Source: Chlamydiia bacterium (GTDB taxonomy: Bacteria; Chlamydiota; Chlamydiia; Chlamydiales; Rhabdochlamydiaceae). Taken from it: DNA of 64,000 nucleotides. The notes under the pieces were generated by a model, which was given only the letters and a program-made list of their open reading frames with translations, was not told the DNA's origin and made no database searches. The DNA is taken from positions 64,001 to 128,000 of the forward strand of contig CAWDOQ010000017.1 of assembly GCA_963804085.1 (NCBI GenBank). The letters are read 5' to 3'. The position numbers and the translations under genes are program-made. Below, one piece after another: positions 57,124 to 64,000 of this stretch. Each line of letters begins with the position of its first letter. Position 1 is the stretch's first letter.

Positions 57124-58143
57124 ATGAAGTATTTTCTTCTTCTTCTCTTTTGCATCTCCTCTCTCCCGCTCTCGGCAATTCCTATGATCGACGTGCTCAT
57201 GCGCCAGGCGATCGAAGAGAAGGCATTTCCGGGTGGCGTGCTTCTAGTGGCGCAAGAGGGAGAAGTTGTCTTTATAAAAGCATATGGCACGCGCACCTAC
57301 ACCGACAGTACGCCGATCACTTTAGACACTCTCTTTGATCTTGCTTCGCTTACAAAGGTAGTGGCTACCTCAGCTATTATCGAGAAGCTGTGCGAAGAGG
57401 GTAAAATTAAGAAAGATGATCCTCTTTTCCTCTATTTTCCAGAATTTTCACAGCCGATCACGATTAGTCAGCTTTTGAATCATCGAGGGGGATTTAAAGC
57501 AGATATCCCGCCTTGGTTTAATGAGAGCGATTTTTTAGCGCTGACACGCGAGAAACAAGAAGAGGAGATCTGGAATTTTATCTTCTCGGATGGACTTTGC
57601 TATGCTCCTGATGAAAAAAGATGCTACAGCGACCTCGGCTTCATATTGCTAGGAAAGATCGTAGAAAAAGTAACGGGCAAGAGCTTAGAAGAGGTTCTGC
57701 AAGAAAAAGTTCTAATGCCCCTTGCAATGAAGCACACCGTCTTCAATCCTCTAGAAAAGGGCTTCTCTTTAGAGGAGATCGCTCCGACAGAAGAGGATCT
57801 TATCTTTCGCAAAAGACTCATTCAGGGCACGGTGCACGATGAAAAAGCAGATCTCTTAGGAGGTATAGCCGGACATGCAGGTCTCTTTAGTACGGCAGGC
57901 GATCTCTTTCTTTTCATGCAGAGCGTTCTGGACAAACCCAACCGGTGCGAGTGGGGCTGGGAAACAATGCCACTCTTTGGCGAAAAGGCCTTTGGCCATT
58001 TTGGCTTTACCGGCACCTCCCTCTGGGCCGATCCCGAGACAAAGTGTGTTGTGATCTTGCTTACAAATCGCGTTTGTCCCACGAGAAGTAATATTAAAAT
58101 TCGTGAGGTGAGAAGGAAGTTGGTGGAGACTATAAGCGAATGA
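57124..58143 (+). CDS. Exported serine hydrolase (beta-lactamase class C/AmpH-like family)
   Basis: Signal peptide; FDLASLTK (SxxK), YSD, GHAGLF, GHFGFTG, LLTN. Confidence 0.88.
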   Translation: MKYFLLLLFCISSLPLSAIPMIDVLMRQAIEEKAFPGGVLLVAQEGEVVFIKAYGTRTYTDSTPITLDTLFDLASLTKVVATSAIIEKLCEEGKIKKDDPLFLYFPEFSQPITISQLLNHRGGFKADIPPWFNESDFLALTREKQEEEIWNFIFSDGLCYAPDEKRCYSDLGFILLGKIVEKVTGKSLEEVLQEKVLMPLAMKHTVFNPLEKGFSLEEIAPTEEDLIFRKRLIQGTVHDEKADLLGGIAGHAGLFSTAGDLFLFMQSVLDKPNRCEWGWETMPLFGEKAFGHFGFTGTSLWADPETKCVVILLTNRVCPTRSNIKIREVRRKLVETISE

Positions 58144-58154
58144 CGCAAAACGAC

Positions 58155-58224
58155 ATAAAGGACCTAAGGGACCAATAAATGGACTAAGTCCCATGTCTTT
58201 AGGTCCTTGACGTCCCTTTGGTCT
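58155..58224. repeat. Short degenerate GGAC/GTCC element F
   Basis: AAGGAC, GGGAC, TGGAC followed by GTCC units, between convergent genes. Confidence 0.55.
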
Positions 58225-58256
58225 AATCGGTGCAATTCATCGGAGTGTATATCGGA

Positions 58257-59618
58257 TTAATCCTTCATCGAGAGCAAGAACTCCACATTATTACTTGTCT
58301 TCTTCAGGCGGCCAATGAGCAGGTTCATCGCATCAAGCGGCGAGAGGTCTGCTAGCGCTTGGCGGATGAGGTAGATCTTCTCTAGCTCGGATGGATGGTA
58401 GAGCAGCTCCTCTTTACGCGTGCCGCTCTTGACCAGATCGATCGCAGGCCATACGCGTCTATCGGCAAGACGTCGGTCTAAGACGAGCTCCATGTTGCCG
58501 GTTCCTTTGAACTCTTCAAAGATAACCTCATCCATACGCGAGCCTGTTTCGATTAGCGCTGTTGCAATGATGGTGAGCGATCCGCCCTCTTCGATGTTAC
58601 GCGCAGCTCCAAAGAAGCGTTTAGGCTTATGTAGAGCGTTGGCGTCGATACCGCCGGTTAAGATTTTGCCAGAGTGCGGCTGCACTGTGTTATACGCTCT
58701 TGCAAGGCGAGTGAGTGAGTCTAGTAGGATCACAACATCGTGGCCATACTCGACGAGTCTGCGCGCTTTTTCGATCGCCATCTCGGCAACCTGCACGTGT
58801 CTTTCTGGGGGCTCATCGAATGTCGAGGAGACCACTTCGCCCTTGACGATCCGGATCATGTCGGTCACCTCTTCGGGGCGCTCGTCGATGAGCAGCACGA
58901 TGAGGATGACTTCTGGATTGTTCTTTGCAATCGCGCTTGCGATATTTTGCAAGATGATCGTCTTACCTGTACGAGGAGGAGCGACGATTAGGCCGCGTTG
59001 GCCTTTTCCTATAGGAGCTGCCAGGTCGAGCACGCGTGTTGTGAAGACATCTCTAGTCGTCTCCATCACGATGCGTGTGCTTGGATAAAGAGGCGTTAAG
59101 TTTTCAAAGAGGATACGCTCTTTAGCTTGCTCGGGCGCTTTGTTGTTGATCTTGTCGACTCTCAAAAGAGCAAAGTACTTCTCCTTGTCTTTGGGCGAAC
59201 GGATCGTGCCATAAACCGTGTCTCCCTTCTTCAGGTCAAAACGACGGATCTGCGCAGGAGAGACGTAGATATCTTCAGCAGAAGGCAGGTAGTTATAGTT
59301 CGGAGAGCGCAAGAAACCGAAAGCATCGGGAAGAACCTCGAGTACCCCTTCGCCTACTAAGATCTCATTTGGACTCTCTGATTTTAATTTGACGACTTCA
59401 AAGACCATTTGAGACTTTGTCATCGTACCAAGATTTTTTACCCCGATGTGACGCGCGTAGTGAGTGAGCTGGTCAATGTTCATCCTCTGGAGCTCAGAGA
59501 TCTTTGTCAGATGCTGTTCGCCGGAGGGAGCCGCGCCCTCTTCTTGTGGGGGCAGCTTTTCATTGTTATTGTTATTATCGGGTTTGTGGGCGTTTTGAGA
59601 GAGGTCTTCTTGATACAT
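58257..59618 (-). CDS. rho: Transcription termination factor Rho
   Basis: [40 protein letters not shown]. Confidence 0.98.
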   Translation of the reverse strand: MYQEDLSQNAHKPDNNNNNEKLPPQEEGAAPSGEQHLTKISELQRMNIDQLTHYARHIGVKNLGTMTKSQMVFEVVKLKSESPNEILVGEGVLEVLPDAFGFLRSPNYNYLPSAEDIYVSPAQIRRFDLKKGDTVYGTIRSPKDKEKYFALLRVDKINNKAPEQAKERILFENLTPLYPSTRIVMETTRDVFTTRVLDLAAPIGKGQRGLIVAPPRTGKTIILQNIASAIAKNNPEVILIVLLIDERPEEVTDMIRIVKGEVVSSTFDEPPERHVQVAEMAIEKARRLVEYGHDVVILLDSLTRLARAYNTVQPHSGKILTGGIDANALHKPKRFFGAARNIEEGGSLTIIATALIETGSRMDEVIFEEFKGTGNMELVLDRRLADRRVWPAIDLVKSGTRKEELLYHPSELEKIYLIRQALADLSPLDAMNLLIGRLKKTSNNVEFLLSMKD

Positions 59619-60230
59619 TTAAGGTGAAACTCCTTTTATTGAACCGAATACTTGTTTAACGTTCTTTTTTAAATCTTCCATACTGCCATTGTTTTTGATC
59701 ACAAAGTCTGCTCTTGCAGCTTTTTCATGAATCGGGAGCTGCCTGCGCATCCTCCGTTCATACTCGTCTGTGAGATATCCCGTAGATTTTTCAAATCGAC
59801 TGCGAGAGAACTCCTCACCTGCGACAACTGCAATGACATAATCAAACGCCTTGTGGCTTTCGCTCTCATACAAGAGAGGGATCTCAGCGACAAAGAGGGC
59901 GTAACGTGCATCATTTCGTGTGTTCTGGTAGCGCTCTTCGATCTCATTTAATACTGCAGGGTGAAGAAGTTTTTCAAGATATTGAAGCCTTTCGGGATCT
60001 GAAAATGTTTTTTCTGCAACTTTTTTTCGGTCGATCTTCTGATTTATGAGAATTTCTGGACCAAACTTGAGGATGACCTTTTTTCCAATCTCTGTTTCTG
60101 GGGATAACAACCTGTGGACAATCTCATCGGCGCTCACAACATATGCGCCACAACTTTTGAGGATTTGGCAAACGGAACTTTTACCAGAAGCGAGTCCACC
60201 GGTAACTGCAACTTTTTTCAAAGTTAACAC
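59619..60230 (-). CDS. coaE: Dephospho-CoA kinase
   Basis: VTGGLASGKS, SADEI, LHPAV, EIPLLYE; start approximate. Confidence 0.93.
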   Translation of the reverse strand: MLTLKKVAVTGGLASGKSSVCQILKSCGAYVVSADEIVHRLLSPETEIGKKVILKFGPEILINQKIDRKKVAEKTFSDPERLQYLEKLLHPAVLNEIEERYQNTRNDARYALFVAEIPLLYESESHKAFDYVIAVVAGEEFSRSRFEKSTGYLTDEYERRMRRQLPIHEKAARADFVIKNNGSMEDLKKNVKQVFGSIKGVSP

Positions 60231-62884
60231 TCCTCCCAATTTTTTCCAATGGAAATATCGGCCACTAGCGGCACCTTCAATTGAAAGACCCCTTCCATCG
60301 TCTTTTTCACAAAAGTGGCAAGACGCTGAGCTTCACTGTCTGCCACTTCAAAGAGGAGCTCATCGTGGATCTGGAGCAGCATAACCCCAAGATTCTTATC
60401 GCTTTGGAGCACATCATCTATCTGGATCATAGCGATTTTTATCAAGTCTGCGGCGGTCCCTTGCAGGGGTGTATTGATCGCAAGCCGTTCGGCCTGAGCG
60501 CGGATCATTGGATTCTTATTGTCGATCTCAGGAATGGGGCGCTTGCGGCCGGTTAAAGTGACAGCTCTCCCCGTTTTGCGGGCGCACTCTTTGCAAAAGT
60601 TAAGATATTCTTTTACCCGTTTGTAACGCTCGAAGTAGGTCTCGATAAACTCTGCAGCTTCTGCATATTCGATATCTAGACCCTGCGATAGGCCAAACGC
60701 CTGCTGTCCGTAGATGATGCCGAAGTTAACTGCTTTTGCGCGTCTGCGCATCTCGGGCGTGACCTCTTGGAGCGGCACATTGAAGACCAATGAAGCGGTG
60801 AACGCGTGCACATCTTCGCCCTCATTAAAAGCCTTTAAAAGCGCAGGGTCTTCGCTTAAGTGGGCAAGAAGCCGCAGCTCGATCTGCGAATAGTCGCCCG
60901 CGACAAAACTAAAGTGCGCATGCTGCGGTTTGAATGCTGTGCGGATCTTGCGCCCTTCTTCCGTGCGTATCGGAATGTTTTGCAAGTTGGGGTCTTGTGA
61001 TGAAAGGCGTCCTGTCGCTGCAACCGATTGATTGAATGTGCAGTGGATGCGGTGTGTGTGCTTGTCGATCTCTTCGGGTAGGGCGTCGACATAGGTGGAG
61101 CGTAGCTTCTCGAGCGTGCGATAGACGAGGATCTTTTTTATGACGGGCGCCTCTTCTTGCAAAGACTCTAAAACGTCTGCACTTGTCGAATAGCCGGTGG
61201 CTGTTTTTTTTGGCGGCTTGATCGCCATCTTCTCGAAAAGAATTACGCTTAGCTGCTTTGGTGAGTTTAAGTTAAACGTCTCGCCCGCGAGTGCAAAAAT
61301 CTCCTCTTGCAGCACCTGTAATTTCTCGGCAAGCTCTTTGGACATCTTGTGCAAAATAGTGACATCGACAAAGATTCCACTTCTTTCCATACGAAGAAGC
61401 ACAGGGATAAGCGGAAGCTCGATCTTGAGTAGTAGCTCTAGAAGATCCTCTTTTTTTAACTCTTTTTCGAAGAGCTCTTTTAGACGGAAGGTGTAGTCGA
61501 CATCTTCGCAGCAATAAGCAGACACCTTTTCGATTGGCACCAGATCCATCGTGATCTGTTTCTTTCCCTTGCCAATCAGATCTTCGATTGGGATCTTCAC
61601 CTTACCAAATTTTTCTAAAGCGAGCTGATCTAAGTTGTGCCGCTGGTTGTGAGGAGAGAGCAGGTAGGAAGCAAGAAGCGTGTCAAAAGAGATCTTCTTA
61701 AGCGTAATACCGAGATTTGCTAGCACATGCAGATCATACTTGATGTTATGCCCAAAAAAAGAGATGTGCGGACTTGCAAAGATCGGTTTTAAGATATCCA
61801 GCACTCTTCCTCGCGGGATATTGCCATTTGTAGGGATATACCAAGCTTCGTGTGTGCGCACTCCTAGCCCGATGCCGACAAGTTCAGCACGTAGCGGCTT
61901 CACATCTGTCGTCTCTGTGTCGATGCAGATCTCTTTTTCGAGCAGGAGCTTTTCGACTAAAGAGGTGAGCTCCTTCTCATCTTCGACAAGTTTGTAATGC
62001 ACCTCTTTTTCTAAAGCAGGCTTTACTGCTTCTAAGCCCATCTCTTTGAGAAGAGTCATAAAGTTCATCTCTTGGTAAAACGCTTGGAGCTCCTCTCGTT
62101 TGGGCTCTTGCAGATGAAAGAACTCGACCTCATGTGGAAAGTCGACCGTGAAATCTAAAGAGGCGAGCTGCTTGCTTAAGAGGGCGATCTCTTTGCCTGT
62201 ACGGATCGTCTCCTGTTTTTTTGCTCCCGGCACCTTTTCCGGATGCTCCAAGATGTTTTCAAGAGTGCCAAACTCGTTTAAGAGAGCGACTGCGGTCTTA
62301 GCTCCAAACCCCTCGAGTCCCGGGATATTGTCGGAAGCGTCTCCCATGATAGCGAGAAGATCGACGATCTGCTCGGGTGTGACACCGAAGAGCTCTTTCA
62401 CTTTTTCTCGATCAATACGAAGATTCTCTTTGTGCACGTTGATTACAAACACGTGATTAGAGACAAGCTGGCAAAGATCCTTGTCGCTAGAGGCTATGTA
62501 GACCTCTTTTCCTTTCTGTTCTGCCCAGCGTGCGATGGTGCCGATCGTGTCATCTGCTTCGACGCCCGGGATGGCCAAGTGTGGGATTCCTGCGAGCGAG
62601 CAGAAGAGGATAGCGCGTTCCAGCTGCAAAAAGAGATCTTCGGGCATTTTCGCTCGATTGCTCTTGTACTCTTTGTAGATCTCTATGCGCTTTTTTTTGC
62701 TCTCAGGCCCGTCGAAGACGGCGATAAAGTAGTCCGGGGAAAAATCCTTGATCATCTTGTTTATAGAACGGATGAAGCCGAAGAGAGCATTAGTCGACTC
62801 TCCCTTGGGATTGGTCATCGGTCCTATTGCGTAATAGGAACGAAAGAGGATGTTGACCGCATCGACGATAAAGATCTTTTTCAC
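60224..62884 (-). CDS. polA: DNA polymerase I
   Basis: 5'-3' exonuclease EADD, DTET, TGRLSS, DYSQIELR, KAVNFGIIYG, QIHDEL. Confidence 0.98.
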   Translation of the reverse strand: MKKIFIVDAVNILFRSYYAIGPMTNPKGESTNALFGFIRSINKMIKDFSPDYFIAVFDGPESKKKRIEIYKEYKSNRAKMPEDLFLQLERAILFCSLAGIPHLAIPGVEADDTIGTIARWAEQKGKEVYIASSDKDLCQLVSNHVFVINVHKENLRIDREKVKELFGVTPEQIVDLLAIMGDASDNIPGLEGFGAKTAVALLNEFGTLENILEHPEKVPGAKKQETIRTGKEIALLSKQLASLDFTVDFPHEVEFFHLQEPKREELQAFYQEMNFMTLLKEMGLEAVKPALEKEVHYKLVEDEKELTSLVEKLLLEKEICIDTETTDVKPLRAELVGIGLGVRTHEAWYIPTNGNIPRGRVLDILKPIFASPHISFFGHNIKYDLHVLANLGITLKKISFDTLLASYLLSPHNQRHNLDQLALEKFGKVKIPIEDLIGKGKKQITMDLVPIEKVSAYCCEDVDYTFRLKELFEKELKKEDLLELLLKIELPLIPVLLRMERSGIFVDVTILHKMSKELAEKLQVLQEEIFALAGETFNLNSPKQLSVILFEKMAIKPPKKTATGYSTSADVLESLQEEAPVIKKILVYRTLEKLRSTYVDALPEEIDKHTHRIHCTFNQSVAATGRLSSQDPNLQNIPIRTEEGRKIRTAFKPQHAHFSFVAGDYSQIELRLLAHLSEDPALLKAFNEGEDVHAFTASLVFNVPLQEVTPEMRRRAKAVNFGIIYGQQAFGLSQGLDIEYAEAAEFIETYFERYKRVKEYLNFCKECARKTGRAVTLTGRKRPIPEIDNKNPMIRAQAERLAINTPLQGTAADLIKIAMIQIDDVLQSDKNLGVMLLQIHDELLFEVADSEAQRLATFVKKTMEGVFQLKVPLVADISIGKNWEEC

Positions 62885-63933
62885 TGTGCTTGAGGCTGAT
62901 AGAGATAGAGGAATTTACCGCTCATCTCTGAATTTAAGTAGGGACCCATCTGGAATGTGTGGGTGATCTTGCCGCGGAAAAGAGAGTAGCAGCTCTGCGT
63001 AAACTCTGAGAAAAAGGGCATTTTGGGCGTGAGCTGAAACACCTGGTAGTGCGTCTTTTCATCCAACCCGGCAGCTTTTGCAAGTTCTTGCAGAGCTTCG
63101 CTATAACTCATATTCGCATTGTCGATATAGCCATACTCTTCGGCTTCCCTTGCGATGAAGACATTTGCGCCATACTCGTTGATCAGTTTTTCTTTGCTCA
63201 AACGTGGGCGCGCATCGGTAACGATGGTGATAAACTGCTCATACATAGCAGCCGTAATCGCACGCAGCGAACTATCTTCTCCCTCTTTCCAAGGTCTAAA
63301 GGGGTTTAATGCATCCTTGTCCTTACCTTGTGTGATTGTAAGAGACTCAATGCCCCACTTATCCATCGCTTGCGAAAAGTTAAAGGTAGGCCCCATGAGC
63401 ACACCGATCGAGCCGATGACGCCGGAAGGAGCCGAGAAGATACGATCAGCCGCTGACGAGATATACATGCCGCCGGAAGCACAGAGACCATCGACATAAG
63501 CAAAGACAGGCACATTGTACTTCTGTTTGTAGGCTTTGATCGCGCGGTAGATATTATCCGCATCTGTCACCGTGCCGCCGGGAGTGTCCATGTGGAGCAA
63601 GATCCCTTTGACGCGGTTGCCTTTTAGCATCCCTTCGCGCGAGTCGATCAGGATATTATTCATCGTCTCGGTATTTAGATCTGCTGCTCCGATCACGCCA
63701 TGAAAGTCGATTCTGAGTAGCACAGGGCTGCTGGGAGATAAGAGCTCGCGACGACCCTCTGCATCTTGTGCCACCATGAGCTCTGTTTTCTCAGGGACAA
63801 AGCTGGGGGGAGAGAGAATTAAAAATACAACGCCTAGCAAGACGATGCCGAGTAGAATCCCCAAAATAGCTCCTAAAGAGGTGCAAAAACTGCGGATGGC
63901 AGAGACAAAGATCGATTCGCGTGTATAGTCCAT
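62881..63933 (-). CDS. sohB: S49-family peptidase (SohB/SppA-like)
   Basis: DTPGG, CASGGMY, GSIGV; N-terminal TM; upstream of polA. Confidence 0.85.
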   Translation of the reverse strand: MDYTRESIFVSAIRSFCTSLGAILGILLGIVLLGVVFLILSPPSFVPEKTELMVAQDAEGRRELLSPSSPVLLRIDFHGVIGAADLNTETMNNILIDSREGMLKGNRVKGILLHMDTPGGTVTDADNIYRAIKAYKQKYNVPVFAYVDGLCASGGMYISSAADRIFSAPSGVIGSIGVLMGPTFNFSQAMDKWGIESLTITQGKDKDALNPFRPWKEGEDSSLRAITAAMYEQFITIVTDARPRLSKEKLINEYGANVFIAREAEEYGYIDNANMSYSEALQELAKAAGLDEKTHYQVFQLTPKMPFFSEFTQSCYSLFRGKITHTFQMGPYLNSEMSGKFLYLYQPQAQ

Positions 63934-64000
63934 TTTTTAATCCTTTTAATTTAAAAAAGATCTTAGAGGTTGGGTTTGAATTTAGCAAGTGTAAGAAGAA

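Noticed and set aside
57124..58143. Antibiotic-resistance beta-lactamase
   Set aside because: Motifs support only the broad serine-hydrolase family (YSD instead of YxN; no KTG)
58420..59088. Long antisense ORFs (for example 222 aa opposite rho, 265 aa opposite pal)
   Set aside because: Shadow frames of conserved genes

Overview
Core-chromosome segment of an environmental member of the Chlamydiota (inferred from chlamydia-like gene order: sohB/sppA-polA-coaE-rho, dnaB...mnmG-lplA, tatD...sdhCAB, exbB-exbD-tolA-tolB-pal, gspD-E-F-pseudopilins). Housekeeping blocks are interleaved with candidate host-directed effectors (F-box, LRR, ankyrin, Inc-like proteins), an AbiEi/AbiEii type IV toxin-antitoxin pair, tRNA-Ser(GCT) and an IS110-family element. 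The clearest hidden system is the IS110 element (40580-42245). It sits inside a perfect 31-bp palindrome, and its downstream non-coding end folds into two internal loops: one matches both halves of the target site, the other matches one half of the donor junction. This reads as a bridge/seek RNA programmed against a host palindromic repeat. Intergenic DNA holds several other palindromic repeat families (GGAC/GTCC arrays, GAC-TT-GTC cruciform units with compensatory changes, a GC-rich 33-mer, a 563-bp TIR-bounded hairpin element, an IS200/IS605-like mini element). There is also an unannotated 54-aa ORF with a bipartite-NLS-like motif. Several single-base frameshifts (including gspD) may be assembly errors. 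All calls come from reading the sequence; no searches or folding programs were run.
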